A stretch of 60,521 bases of DNA, counting the filler, from Asterionella formosa (lineage: Eukaryota), in the NCBI GenBank assembly GCA_002256025.1. It is 12 parts of 12 records of this genome, joined end to end, with 100 filler letters (N's around TTAATTAATTAA, not from the genome) between each part and the next. Parts side by side here need not be neighbours in the genome. Positions count along the whole stretch, not along the records: positions 20,253 to 25,216 come from NKIB01013283.1; positions 25,317 to 30,268 come from NKIB01013284.1; positions 30,369 to 35,316 come from NKIB01013285.1; positions 35,417 to 40,362 come from NKIB01013286.1; 8 more parts are not named here. One strand, written 5' to 3'. Below are positions 23,330-36,555 of this stretch, one piece after another; position 1 is the first letter of the stretch; every line of letters begins with the position of its first letter. Below the pieces are notes generated by a model. It did not search any database. It worked only from the letters and a program-made list of their open reading frames with translations, and was not told the origin of the DNA. A program made the translations under genes and the position numbers.

Positions 23330-24545
23330 CAATCCACCTCATGTTCCTGGATTTGTTGATTGATGAACCTCTGGCGATGCCCGGCTTCTTTTTGAGCCAT
23401 CTGAAGCAAAAATACAGCAAAGTTGCAATGTGAAGAACATTGTCATGGACAGAGCGAATTGAACTACTTGAGTCAGTGAACCGGAATTCAAGCAAGTGAA
23501 GATTTGTTGTAGAGGAGAAGGATAAGGAAAATACATGCAGCTCAAATGTGTATTTGTCATTCGACAAAGGTGCATGTATTTGGTGATTGCCCTAGTACAA
23601 AAGTTTGTAAATGAAGCACACAATTCAATGAGATGGACACCATGGCAGAAGTGCATCATGCAATCTATAAGTGAAATGAATGATGTTGGTATTAAAGTCT
23701 ACACAAACTGGCGACCTTTACAGCGACGGTATCGTTGAATTGATACTACTAGATGTGATGATACTTTCTTGAAGGCACCATCATTCAAGCAATCAATTTC
23801 ACCATTTTTCTGGTAGCACCCAGATGCTATGGATGCATTTAAAAAATACGGAGTGTGTCACTTGAAGGAGCTGTCCATTGAATTGATGCATTGTAAGGTG
23901 CACAATAGCTTGATACCAGCTACAATGAAGAGTCTGGGAGAGTCATTTGACAACGACAGAACAAACAGCAACAATTTGAAAAATATTCCCGACAGCAGCA
24001 ACAAAAGAATCTTGTTTATCTAAGAAGATAGGGCATAAAGTGTGTATCCATGTCTAAAAGAATATTACACCGGATGCATGCTGTTGGATTCAGGTCCAAA
24101 TCAGAGCAAAACATATTTTTTAGGTGGTCATGAGAAGGCCACAACTTTTGAGTATAGACCAGCATAAACAAAGAGTAATCTCAATTTGGAGGTACAGGCA
24201 CTCAGATGGATTCAGTTCAGTATTGAAGAGTCTAAGTTATTAGAGTTACAAGGTTACTTAGCAAAAGATACAGACTATCACTATATCACTTCTGGTGTAA
24301 GCATTGTAGAGTATCACGTCAATAATTTTGGGAAGATGCCAGATGTTCAGTGTGGTGGTAGTAGCCTCAGTGTCAGAAAGATTCTTGCTCAGCAAGGACC
24401 CTGTGGTCGTTTTTATTGGCCAAGATGAGGCCATATTCAAGCAATTGCTTCTACCATCTAAGATGTGGACACGTCCTGGTGGTGAGAGACCACTTCTACC
24501 CAAAGATGAGGGCTCCGGCTTAATGATTAGAAGTTCCCTTATCTG
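23330..24545 (+). mobile_element. Decayed IS630/Tc1-mariner-related DDE transposase
   Basis: GGHEK...EYR, LRWIQFS, VFIGQDEAIFKQ, WTRPGGERPLLPKDEGSGLMI motifs across frameshifts. Confidence 0.65.
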
Positions 24546-24619
24546 TATAGAATATGGACTTAATAGGGTACTGTAACTAAAGAAAAGTATGGCGCACATT
24601 CATGATGCCTGGTGGATTT

Positions 24620-25079
24620 TTAATAACATGTGGTGCAACAGGCACATGTCACTTCAGAATTCGGAGTTTTACAATCAGCTGAGATTTTTTCAAGAAACAT
24701 CAGATCAATTTGATCAACAGGTACTGTCAACATGCAGATTTCATTAGGCATGGTGCCAACAAATTTATTGGAGTGAAGGTACAATCCATTTAAGTCACTC
24801 AAAAGGCCTAATTCAGAAGGAATTGTTCCTTTGAGGGAATTGAAACTCAGATCCAAAGCATACATGGCACTGAGTTTTCCAAATTCAATTGGAATTGTTC
24901 CTGTCAGCACATTATGTGACACATTCATGAAAGCCAAACTTGCTGTGTCACTCAATTGAGTAGGAACTGGTCCAGAGAGCTTGTTGGAACTCAAAAATAT
25001 ATATTGCAGATTCTTAAGTGTTCCCATTTGAGTAGGAATGTGTCCAGCAAGCTGATTACTCCCCATATCTATTAGCATA
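24620..25079 (-). CDS. 3' part of a leucine-rich-repeat protein, interrupted upstream by a repeat terminus
   Basis: Five 24-aa plant-type LRRs (LxLxxNxLxGxIPxELGxL) and the diatom-type tail ISADC...VTCACCTTCY*. Confidence 0.85.
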
Positions 25080-25216
25080 ACATCTAAGCCGCGAAATACG
25101 CCACTTTTCGAAATTTCGTCTACGTATGAGTGTTAATTATGTGGTACTTCACATGCATTAATGCCACTCTTCACGTAAAAAAGATTACTTTTAACGGTTT
25201 CATGTGAAGTTTTAAC
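25080..25216 (-). mobile_element. Terminus of a young dispersed element (second copy at ~36044-36177, opposite orientation)
   Basis: ACATCTAAGCCGCGAAATACGCCACTTTTCG... is the near-exact reverse complement of 36044-36177; similarity ends sharply at the same base. Confidence 0.85.
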
Positions 25217-25316
25217 NNNNNNNNNNNNNNNNNNNNNNNNNNNNNNNNNNNNNNNNNNNNTTAATTAATTAANNNNNNNNNNNNNNNNNNNNNNNNNNNN
25301 NNNNNNNNNNNNNNNN

Positions 25317-25435
25317 GGGTGGCAAAAGACAATCGCTGCCCCTATACAGGTGGAAGCACCTGCGATACAGGAAAGGTAGAGTGGAGTCCAATCATCATTG
25401 TTGACCTTGATAACTACGTCCAAACCATCGGTCAT
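25317..25435 (-). CDS. 5' end of a ZIP/ZupT-type metal transporter
   Basis: PLYLSCIAGASTCIGAAIVF matches TM1 of ZupT/GufA-type ZIP proteins (L..AG.ST.IG); cut by the contig end. Confidence 0.7.
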
Positions 25436-25779
25436 CGTCGCTGATAGCAGTGGGTCTTTGCTGTTACGACTATACCGGCACATGTCTATCGAAGTAACTT
25501 CGCCACAATTACCGTCTCGTCCGTTTTGTCTTCCTCCATCTGTGTACCGTGTAGGATCATATGGACGTCATAGGAATAAGACTAATACGAACCGTAGAAA
25601 TGTTGAATAAAGAGCCAAGAATAAAGCTAAATATCGTGAATGGCTTTCTGAGTTCGTTGCTAAGCAAGTAACGTGTCCCGTTCCCAAACTACGGGCTCGG
25701 TCCGTGTCCTTTCTCCGGGTTCTGCGGCAGTCGAGTTGCGCTTAGCCATGGTAGGAGGGAGTTATCTTAGGGTGAGACC

Positions 25780-26990
25780 TTCTAGGTACCAATGGAGGGT
25801 ACGCAATACTACGTTCTCGTACAAACAACCTAACATGACAGTAGTATCTATATGTAGCTAGAAATTGGAGGTTATGCTAGAACACATTCTTGTGCAAACA
25901 AGGTGACATTGGTATCATGCAGACCTTGCAATGTGTGACTGGTACAGGGCCACAACCTTAAGTCTGGAATGCTGCCAAGATATGAAGAAGGCTTAAGTCT
26001 GGAATGCTGCCAAGATTTGCTAAGAGATGAAGTAGTCGAAAATCGCAAATCGCAAATCCTGGCAATTTCATAATTTTGGAGATTCATCATTCATATATTT
26101 TTATGTTGAAAACTTCATAGACTTTGTTCTCCCTCTGATGACAATATGGTAAAGATAGTACATATGCATAGAGAACAAGAAAAATTCACCTAACCACAGT
26201 TAGTGACAACAATCAGACTATTGTTGCAAAACTTTGTCAACCAGAATCTCACTCAGTTTTCCATTTTCATATCTCTTCTTTCTTGATGAAGCAGCGATAA
26301 CAACGATATGAGGAATGGGTAGTTCATCTGCAAGAATCTAATATGCATAATAATTATCGTCATACTAGAATATTGTTAAGTATAAATGTATACATACATG
26401 CATTTATGTACTAATGTTTACCACCACACCACAAAATCAGCAGTCGCTCAATCAATTGACATTCATTACTAGGTGATGGAGAGTATGCAAAAACGTGTTC
26501 TCGTACAAACAACCTAACATTGGTATCTAGGTGATGGAGGGTAGGCAATTACACGGTCACGTAGAAACAGCCCATCATTAGTACCTATATTTAGTACTGG
26601 CAATCATGCATCATTAATGAGACCACAAAGTTTTATCTGTAAAGTTTGATGTCTATATCCTATTCGTTCGATAAATGCATATTGATCACATGATAATGAT
26701 GTCATTAATATGAAAAATGAATGATCAAAATTAGTTTTAAGTAGTAGGAAATATTGATGTTAAAAGTAAGATCAAAAGAGCTAAATAGCTATTGTTTTCC
26801 ATGATCTTTTTTTGACAATCTTTTCTACCCATAAAGTAGGATCTGTAACTCATAAAGTTTGATTTGTTTATCCTCCACGTTTGATCAAAGCATAATTATC
26901 ATATGATAAACGGTGTCAATGATATGAGAAAATGAATCATCTAATTATTATATGATTTGCACCATGTGAAACTCCCGCTAATTGAGGGGC
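25780..26990 (+). mobile_element. Non-autonomous DNA-transposon-like region with internal repeats, ending ACTCCCGCTAATTGAGGGGC
   Basis: CTAGGT..ATGGAG...GTACAAACAACCTAACAT units at ~25782, 26469, 26527; 35-bp tandem at 25958-26016; 26834-26990 matches 44131-44305. Confidence 0.6.
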
Positions 26991-29399
26991 TTAATTAAAT
27001 CACTTAGCTACTTGTAGGTACAAGAATTGATATGGAAAAATTCAAAAACAGTACATCAGGTTGTGGAGAATAATGATAGGATATTCATGCATTGTATATA
27101 TGTGAATTATGTATAAGCTTAACTGATGATAGTTCCCACATGATGTGCAATATAAAGAGTGTCTTTGAACTTTGAAAGTGTTCAACTGTATGTATATTCA
27201 AAGGTTACAATTTCTTTAATGTATACATGGCTAATAGCTACATTTGAAACCATGTTTAACAGTTCCTTTTCATGCATACCGGTACACATACTGAGATGAA
27301 AGATCAAATCAGCCACATAACAAAGAAAACTGAAGTGACAATACAACATAATGATAAACCTTACGGCTTGGGGGGAGAATTATTGAAAAAGGAAAAGTGA
27401 ATGGAATCTATTTATGGTACATCAAGGGCACATGGCAGGATGATCGATTTTGGGGTTCACAAAGACTTGATGATTGCTTCCTTCTCAAGTAATTCAATAG
27501 CGCATTTTTTATTCAGTTAAACCTGCCAATGTGGACAAAAGAGAATTGGTAAGTTCTCTTGTTGGATCAATGCGTAACTGTGAGACCATAACTGAATCAT
27601 GAGTGGTTTTTATCTTTCGATAATTGTAATCAAACACTATTTGTTGTAAGTTATAAATGACATTCGTGGAACGATTTATTGGTTTGTACATATGCTATAC
27701 TGGACTTATTATTATTACCTAGAATGGGAAGCGTTTGTTGTGGCGTAAACAAGCAATACATAACTATCAACTTGCTGCTTCTTATTGTCACTGCGAGTAG
27801 GATATCAATACAAATTGTAAATGGATCCGCATCTCATTTCGGTAGTAGGACCTATGGAATGGAGCAAATTGGCAAGCAAATGAAAAACCGAAGTATCACA
27901 TGATACTAAGAAGATAAATGAGCAAAAATTGATGTGAGGGCAAGCAGAACAAGGTTGATGAGTGATTGGCAAACAATTCTTTTCGAAGTTGAGTGATATT
28001 GAGGAAAGTAAGTTTGTCTACGATCGACATGAGAAGTGTGGGAACCTAGGGAAAGGCTCAGTCAACCAGAGGCTTCGCCATCATGGTACAAGAATCAAAG
28101 AACAGCAGGCAATGGTGATGGCATGGATAGTGTGGTACTAATGATGGCGGCCTAAATGGCGGGTAGCAGGTTGAAAGATAGAAATGATTTCTAATTATAG
28201 TAAAATTACAATCTATTCCACTATATTTTGAAAAATTTGATAACTCCGGTTCAAAAATTTGTTCAACACAAACACAAATTTTTTACAGTAGTAAATAACC
28301 GGCATGTGAAATATAAAAATAGGTTCAGGCATGAATGACAACATCCAAATTCACAGAAGTTTTCAAGACTTGCGTGCTCATACCTGAAATGGCTTGCTCT
28401 CTCCATAGAAGGTACACAAAATATTGACTTTATATGTAATGTTGGTGGATGGACCTCAATGTACAATGCGCGAATGTCTGTATCTCAAGCAAAGTTGGTG
28501 GATGGGCCTCAAGGTACAATGCGTGAATGTCTTCATCTCCAGCCATGTGCAAGATTGGTGATGCATGGCAAATCAAGATTGACAGTCTTTATTTCTTGTA
28601 TGTATGCGACAACAGAAAATAATAAACATTATTTCTGAAAAGCTTGATGGATTGTTTGTTATCCTATATCAAGATTCGTCGCTTGTGGACCCTTTATTTC
28701 TGAATTATTTCACTACAGGCGGATTAGAGGAAGTCCGGTGTTTGTAAGGCAACTTCTGCATCTCCTTATAAAGAGCAGTTTTAAATTCTTCCCTGGTTTT
28801 CTTGAAAGTTTTTTCCTTTTTTCTGGCTGGGACAAGCAAGGGCTTCCGTTCGATCTGCTGGTAGTTCTTTCATTTGTTCCTAGTTGCGGAAGACACGTCC
28901 ATCATCCCTTTCAATTTCCGGTGATTCTTTCACTGCGAGTTTCCATCCTGATATCATGGCCACCTTTCTACTGCCTTTCATATTGGGCATGTTTTGAAGA
29001 TGGCTCCAGGCATCCAATCGATCAGACCATTTCTTCATACACTCCTCAATAAATAAAGAAGTTTCTGTCACCTTGCACTCCATGATAATGAAGTCAATGG
29101 CACTTCCAGTAAACACAAGAAGAACTGTACTCATTCATTTCTTCATGAAACGCATCGACTGGAGGAATCGCACTTATCGCTTTTGTTTTCGGGAACAGAC
29201 CGGCCATAGGGCCATTGATAGGAAATGGATTACCGGTACTCACACTATCAAGAATTGAAGCCGACAATTCCATCTCTGCCTTTCCCCTTGCATCAAAGAA
29301 CTTCTCCAGAGCTTCTCGCCAATAATCCAAGAGTTTACTGGCCCTTTTTAGTTCGAGTGTCACATCAATGATAAAAACTATATAAGTATTGAACATAAG

Positions 29400-29598
29400 G
29401 GCGGGGCATAATGCACAAGAGGACGCATCGCTATGAAAATTTAACTGTTAATTTATATTTACTCTTAGATAAGTAATCTAAAATATTTCGAGTATCAGAG
29501 CGCAATGACGATATTATGTCATACCGGTATTATTTCACCAAAGAATTTTTATCATAAAATAATTGGCACAAATTAATTTGGTATTTCGAAGCGCGCCC
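29400..29598. mobile_element. Terminal region of a GGGCGCGC-ended PHIS-type element
   Basis: Collinear with 42480-42683 (GCATCG.TATGAAAATTTAACT, ATAAGTAATCTAAAATAT, TATCAGAGCGCAA); ends GCGCGCCC|AGT. Confidence 0.75.
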
Positions 29599-29739
29599 AG
29601 TAAACTATTAATTTTAATATTAGATTGGTGTTACTCCGTACCAGGTACCAGGTACCACAGTTGCTCAATTAAGAGTTGATTACAAACGTTCACAGTTTTG
29701 TGGTGCAATCGAACAGAATTCTTTCTTGAACACCACGAA

Positions 29740-30268
29740 ATGCAAGTCATGCAACTGCTTCAAACTCTTGGGATTTATTCCTTGCGAGCTTTCTTGGCTT
29801 ATGCATCTTTGTGCTTTGTGTTTCCTCTTGTCGCTGCATACCAAGAATACAAAATTTGGAAGCCCAAGGGTTTACCCTCAATTTCTGTTTACGGATTGAT
29901 CAAAGTGTATATTTTCAACGTTCTTTGGACTGGATTTTGCCTTCTAGGGGCTGTCATCATCTTTCCAAAGTGGCTATTGACTGGGCATGTGGAGCATGAA
30001 GCCCATTCCATTGTCGAGCGGAAAGTCGCTCAGCTTTGTGTCGACTCCATGGTTGGCCCTGTCGAAGTCAGAGGCCAAGAAAATCTTCCACCGAACAAAC
30101 CAGGATCACCAGCGCCAGTGTACATTGCCAACCACGCCTCCCAAATTGACGTCGCCGTAGTTTATTATTTGTGGCGTGAATTCAAGTGGATTTCCAAGGC
30201 CAGTGTCTTGATGTTGCCTGGCGTTGGTCAAATCATGTATCTAGCCAACCACGTTTTTATCAAACGAA
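29740..30268 (+). CDS. 1-acyl-sn-glycerol-3-phosphate acyltransferase (LPAAT, PlsC family), 5' part
   Basis: N-terminal TM segments, VRGQENLP, VYIANHASQID (NHx4D), FKWISKASV..LPGVG, HVFIKR. Confidence 0.92.
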
Positions 30269-32001
30269 NNNNNNNNNNNNNNNNNNNNNNNNNNNNNNNN
30301 NNNNNNNNNNNNTTAATTAATTAANNNNNNNNNNNNNNNNNNNNNNNNNNNNNNNNNNNNNNNNNNNNCAGCTAAGCATCGGAGTACCAGGGGGTACAAT
30401 ACCTGCAGGTGCAAAAGTCGGTGCGTATGAGTCGAAGATATGCATGGATATATCGATTCGTTCGAATGTATGACTGTAAAGAATCAGCCATGCGGCATAT
30501 TTTTAGCAGCGGCATGTAGTGAACATTTCGGTACCCCTGGTACCGAAAAGTCAAGGACCACCGCCGGTTTTGATCATATACACATAAGAGGATATGTATG
30601 GATACAAATACCGGTACATAGTGCGTTGCAATACTTGGACCATAACAGGTAGAAGGACATAATACCGGTAGGTTAACTGGTAGATATAAATATATAAGTA
30701 TATGTATAGAAGTGAGAATTGACCAACGGTTCAAAAAGTCCACCCAACGACCACGACAATGAATTGAGCGAACAATTGCAACCAGAACAAGTGCAACTCA
30801 TATCAACGATCCAATCGATGATACTCAGGATAACACATCCAATAATGAACAATAGTGACGTGGCTAGGCCCAGTAACTCGATTCGCTAATAAGACAAGTT
30901 GTCAAACCAAAAATGGTGGAACATTGGAAAGTCAAGCACAAGTGGGAACGCAGTCAATAGAATACCAGCAATGAAAATCAAGTCCACAAAAAGCTCGTTT
31001 CTTTCCTCGTTTTTCTGAAGGGGCCGGCTGAGGAAGCTGCATCTCCCAACGTTTTTCAATGACGCGTCAATCACAGGATGCATTCTTGTTTCATCAAGAT
31101 GAAGATGAAGAAGCAGAAGCAGAAGCGGTAGCAGCTCTCCTTCATGATGGAGAATATGATGGAATTGATGAGATTGAGATTTTCATTACGGAACATACCA
31201 AGGATTCCTTGCAAGTGGATCGAAGGAGCAAGGAGGAGGCCATGCGTATTATTTGCAATAGCACCTCCCGCAGGTCCTACAGAAGAAATGGTACAGCTAG
31301 TAGTGGTGGTGGCTTTGAGATATTGATAGACCTGACATTAAATGAAGATTAGGCAGGGCATTCCGTCTCGAGGTGGTGGGTGGATTTCTTTTAAATACAT
31401 ATTTATTTACTGGTCTTGTGGAACACAAAAGAACAAAGGAATTTAACTATTATGTTGTGATCACATGAATGTCTCGTCATCTCCGGTTTTTTAATTAATC
31501 ACGCAACCATCATAAGCCAAGAAAGAAACATGCTAGGTGTACTAGCAGAGATGTACAAGAAGTGTAACAAAAAAGTGTTGTCATGAATGAATCAAAGCTT
31601 CATTATCCCTCATGGCACCAAATCTATACCTTGTTTCACGTTGTTTTGTACAATCCATTGTATCTTTGACAGAGTCCTCGCTTCTACCATCAGATTCCAG
31701 ATATGAGACACTTCGAATCTTGATGAGATGATTGTATAGTTTGATGTTGAGAAGAGGTCATGATGTGAGCATTCTTTATTCACGTCCGCCTTTGCTCACG
31801 AAAATTGTTTCCCACAAACATAAAGCGCCATTGAAACCGCTATTGCTATAGTTCATGGATGAATTCATTCGACATAGCTCTCGATAGATACTACTAGTAC
31901 ACCATAGAGATCGATGTGTGACAACTCCTACGAAGACTGCTACTTGTATAGTATCAGATCAACTACCGGAACTTTCAATCGTTTCATCTGAAGATCGTCG
32001 C

Positions 32002-32516
32002 GGAAGCAATAAAAAAGAATGTAAAAATATATAATGACCAAAAGAAAAACTACAATAGTATATACAGTACCAGTATCACGTAACAAAAGAAATTTTAACA
32101 TGAGCAATCCTAAGTAGGGGGGGAAGTTTTGCTCGCTTCCCGTATCTTCACTTGCTAGCAGGAGCTTTTGCTTCTTGTACCGCTCAAAGGAGTACACCGT
32201 TTCTACTGACGGTCCCTATTCTACCTGGTTGTCATCATGCCGGATTGTCATCAGGTGGTGGGGGACATTATATGTCCCTATTTCCCGTGCTTGGTGCAGA
32301 GAAGGAAATCGTGCCTTTGCAGCCCTAATCCCTACCTATGAGTCCTGATACAGTTCGGGGCATTCGACAGTATCGAACCCCCGACCTCACCCCTACTGGG
32401 TGGGCCTGCCAATCTTAGAGGATCATTCATTATATATAAACCCTGGAAAGTTTCAGTTTCAGTTTCCGTTTCCGTTTCCATTTCCGTTTCAGTTTGAAAT
32501 TGAAAGAATTGTGAGG
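32002..32516. repeat. ~0.5-kb near-identical direct repeat, copy 1, hairpin-rich, with a (GTTTCM)n tract
   Basis: Matches 34213-34715 apart from a few substitutions and microsatellite copy number. Confidence 0.97.
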
Positions 32517-34212
32517 CATCGGTTTTCGAGTGTTTCTTCATGTACGAAAATGACAGCTCGATTATTTTAGCCATCATATACCTGTAGTTCAATAATTTCT
32601 GCTTGTGCGTCAAGGGAGAAGCAAATATACGACAGTCCACACCCATACCGGTATGTATGCAAATGATTAGCAAATACCAGTTCACACTACATGACGGTTT
32701 ATGTACAATTTTAGATACTGGTAGAAAATGCTTTACCGTACCATACTGCATACATCCCGGTACAGATATCAATGAAGCACCCAGTGTTCTGTTAATTCGT
32801 TGAGGATTGCTGTCGTTGGGCTTGTTGTTCTCCTGAACATTCTCCCACATCATGGATGCTGCGCCGGTCGTGTCTTTCCTTCAGCAGCTCATCACTAATA
32901 TCATCTGATTGTTTCTATCATGCTCTCGAACCTCGCTCCGAAAACGCTTCCTGGCATATCGTACTCCATATATTCAATCATTTGTTAGTACAACTTCCTT
33001 TTTGTGTGGTAGTACTTACTGAACATTCTGCAGGGGCCCCTGTCCCAGTACATCAACAATAAGTGTCCCAACTGTGGCACGATTCCCGCCCTTTCGTCCA
33101 TTTGTAATGTCCATGAGTAATGTCCATGAGTGAACGATCACTGAAAAGTATGCCGATGCCCAATGCCTTAGTACCACTGACACAATCCTGATTAATGATT
33201 GGATGCGCAGATGGGAATTTACGTGTTTATTCATGTCGCAAATCACAGATGCGATTGCTCGGCTTTGCTTTCAGAGAAACGATGAAAATGAAAGGAACGC
33301 GACTTTAGAAATGTTGAAATGTTTTATTGGGAAGGTCGTGGTGATCATGGTAATTTTGCTGTTCCACTTCCGCAAAAAGACATTTTGAAATGAAAGTCTT
33401 TTTAATCCATCAGAGGAAGCAATTTCGAGTCGAAATAAATACAATCATCAAGCTTTTGTCGCTCCCTCATAGAGGAACGTAATTGGATTGATTCCTTTTC
33501 ATGTTGATGCAAGAATAATAAGTCAAATAAAGAAATAGAAAGCCGCAATGATCTCATCGATGCATGAACAATAAGTCTCAGGGAGATGCAAAGAAGGAGC
33601 ATTAATTTTTGCGGTTACTTGTAAACGAATTGAAGAGTTTGAATGTCATTTGAGATTACTTGTGTTAAAGCTGACTGAAAACAGAACAAATAAGCAAGCA
33701 AGCAAGCAATTCGCAATGATAAATTGATCTGCTTCCTGAAAACGTTGCTGAGATACTTCCGTACCGCCAGCTGGTACAGTAGTACAAATGACTGAACAAC
33801 TGGACAATCTTCTTGCTTCCGGCAACAACACAATCACTACCGACTTGCAGGCATGCGTACAGCTGACACGCCTCCTGAAACACGATGTGATAAAAAGAGA
33901 CGAGACGAGACGAGACGAGACAAGAGGAGCAAAGCTAGAAGCTAGACGGAAATTGGGAAGCCATGGTTCCGGTCAAGAACCCTCATAATGACGCTGAGAC
34001 CGAAAGATGGGAGAGGAAAAGAACTAGAACTAAAATAAGCAAATCAAAGTAAGCGTTTTACAGAGACTCCAAAACTAAAGCGAAGGCGAATCATCATTAT
34101 CGTTTTGCTTGAGCCATTATGTTTGCTTTGCTGTCTATGTCAGCAAACGGAATCGCAATCGCAATCGCAATCAAAGATTGTGTCCATTGTTGTTGAACAA
34201 TCGTAAATCCGT

Positions 34213-34715
34213 GGAAGCAATAAAAAAGAATGTAAAAATATATAATGACCAAAAGAAAAACTACAATAGTATATACAGTACCAGTATCACGTAACAAAAG
34301 AAATTTTAACATGAGCAATCCTAAGTAGGGGGGGAAGTTTTGCTCGCTTCCCGTATCTTCACTTGCTAGCAGGAGCTTTTGCTTCTTGTACCGCTCAAAG
34401 GAGTACACCGTTTCTACTGACGGTCCCTATTCTACCTGGTTGTCATCATGCCGGATTGTCATCAGGTGGTGGGGGACATTATATGTCCCTATCTCCCGTG
34501 CTTGGTGCAGAGAAGGAAATCGTGCCTTTGCAGCCCTAATCCCTACCTATGAGTCCTGATATAGTTCGGGGCATTCGACAGTATCGAACCCCCGACCTCA
34601 CCCCTACTGGGTGGGCCTGCCAATCTTAGAGGATCATTCATTACATATAAACCCTGGAAAGTTTCAGTTTCCGTTTCCGTTTCCGTTTCAGTTTGAAATT
34701 GAAAGAATTGTGAGG
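34213..34715. repeat. ~0.5-kb near-identical direct repeat, copy 2
   Basis: Matches 32002-32516. Confidence 0.97.
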
Positions 34716-35416
34716 TGCGTAGCGGTTATCGAACAGAGTAGCGGTACTGGCAGCCCCCTTGTACCGGGCTGTATCTCATCGTGTTCGAAAATGAATTCTG
34801 TATTTTTTCAGCCATTACCGGGCTTACGTGCTATACATATACCTGTATCATGCATATTATGTAGATGTATATGTATATAGACATCAACAACAATTAACTG
34901 TTCAGTAATTTACTCCGAGTACTCCAGTAGTGGTGCATTGATCTTTTATAATTTTCTAATAAATCAAAAATGTTGGTATATCAAATATATTTTTGATATC
35001 AGGTATTTGAATATCATATATTCGTTGGCGGATCTATGTTACCGGTACCTGTGGTAAGAATTTTTACTTGTTATGATCCAACCGGTATCGGTACATATCA
35101 CAAATCATTCCTCCTCTGTGACTACTCGAGGGCGTTATTTCTATTGTTCATCACCTTCCACCATTGCTTACTGTAAATGCATGAAATAGTAGCACCATGA
35201 TCGGTGGCATGTCAATAATACTCGTCCTATCATCGCTCCACCTGATGAATACCATTTCCATAACTGTCACTGCATCCTTTTGTAAAATAAATAATGCGAA
35301 GAGGCCGCAATCCGAANNNNNNNNNNNNNNNNNNNNNNNNNNNNNNNNNNNNNNNNNNNNTTAATTAATTAANNNNNNNNNNNNNNNNNNNNNNNNNNNN
35401 NNNNNNNNNNNNNNNN

Positions 35417-35565
35417 GATGATGTCTGCGATGCTTGAATCTGAGATTGAATCATATCTTGTTGCCCACACAAGGGGCTGTGTCTATGATGACCACGAATT
35501 GATTTAAAAGGACCTTTACCACAGAATTTACATTTGTCCTCGTCGTTATTGTCACACAGATCCAT
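35417..35565 (-). CDS. 5' end of a gene with an N-terminal zinc-finger-like motif (possibly transposon-derived)
   Basis: MDLCDNNDEDKCKFCGKGPFKSIRGHHRHSPLC; open to the contig end. Confidence 0.45.
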
Positions 35566-36043
35566 GATATTTACTGTCGTTGTAGTGCTGTGTTGGCGAG
35601 AGAAAAATAAGAATAACCGGTAGCTAAAATAATGAATCTTGTTCGGCACATATTTGGCAAACAATACTACGTGGTACCATCCTCATCAGTAGACATAATT
35701 CCACCAGTGTTGATTTTGAGTATTAATAATAAAAAATTGGGTTGCCTACCACTGGCTAGTAGTACATTTACCTACCGGCAGTACCGGTAATAACCTACAT
35801 AACATGAAAACTGGGAAGAGGGAGATTTTTTACCGGTAAGTGTGAGTTCTTCATGTGATGTGTACAACCGTAAAACTTTGATCTCAGATGGATGACATAA
35901 GACACCACAAATATCCTTACTATCCCATTAAGTAAAATGCGTGTTGTGAATGTATTAGCCTCAAGAGCAGGATCTTAGTTGAACTTTCAAATGAATTATT
36001 TGAAACATCAACTAATTCAGTCTTGCGTTCAAAATTCATTGTG

Positions 36044-36177
36044 AAAACTTCACATGAAACCGTTAAAAGTAACCTTTTTTACGTGAAGAGTGGCATTAAT
36101 GCATGTGAAGTACCACATAAGTAACACTCATACGTAGACGAAATTTCGAAAAGTGGCGTATTTCGCGGCTTAGATGT
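36044..36177 (+). mobile_element. Second copy of the element terminus seen at 25080-25216
   Basis: ...GTGGCGTATTTCGCGGCTTAGATGT, reverse complement of 25080 onward. Confidence 0.85.
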
Positions 36178-36555
36178 GGGGTGGATGTTATGAATCACTG
36201 TCCTATCAGGATGTAGATTCATGTGTCTGTCTGTTTGTCAGTGAACGCCTGTCTCGTGTTCTCGCTCTACTTTCTATCTCTACAAAGTCTACAATAAATA
36301 TACTATAATCACTCTTTTAACATACCCCCCTTCCAAACTCCTCTTGAGCTTGTCAGGTTAGTTAATTGACTCACACCAATCTCCTCCTCCTCCTTCATCC
36401 TCGTCGTCCTTCGCTACCGTTCCCTCTTTCACTGCATAATATCGCACCTCCTGGTCCAACAATTTCTCAGAAACATCCTTTGCCATCAACACAATATAGT
36501 AGAATTCCTATTGAGGCAATTATTGAGATAATAGAAATGAATCAGCAGAATGCTG

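Noticed and set aside
31059..31352. Acidic 97-aa ORF as a gene
   Set aside because: Low complexity, no recognisable domain, and a stop in the adjacent upstream frame; it cannot be supported without expression data.
32190..32265. Hammerhead ribozyme (minus strand CTGATGA...GAAAC)
   Set aside because: I could not form stems II and III or place an NUH cleavage triplet around the core motifs.
32322..32336. CCCTAATCCCTAC as a telomerase RNA template
   Set aside because: It does not match the CCCTAA register and lies on the strand opposite to the TATA/T-run orientation.
33897..34172. (GACGA)n and (AATCGC)n tracts
   Set aside because: Ordinary short microsatellites.
32002..34715. The direct repeats as canonical LTRs
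   Set aside because: No TG...CA termini, PBS, polypurine tract, target duplication or gag/pol sequence seen.
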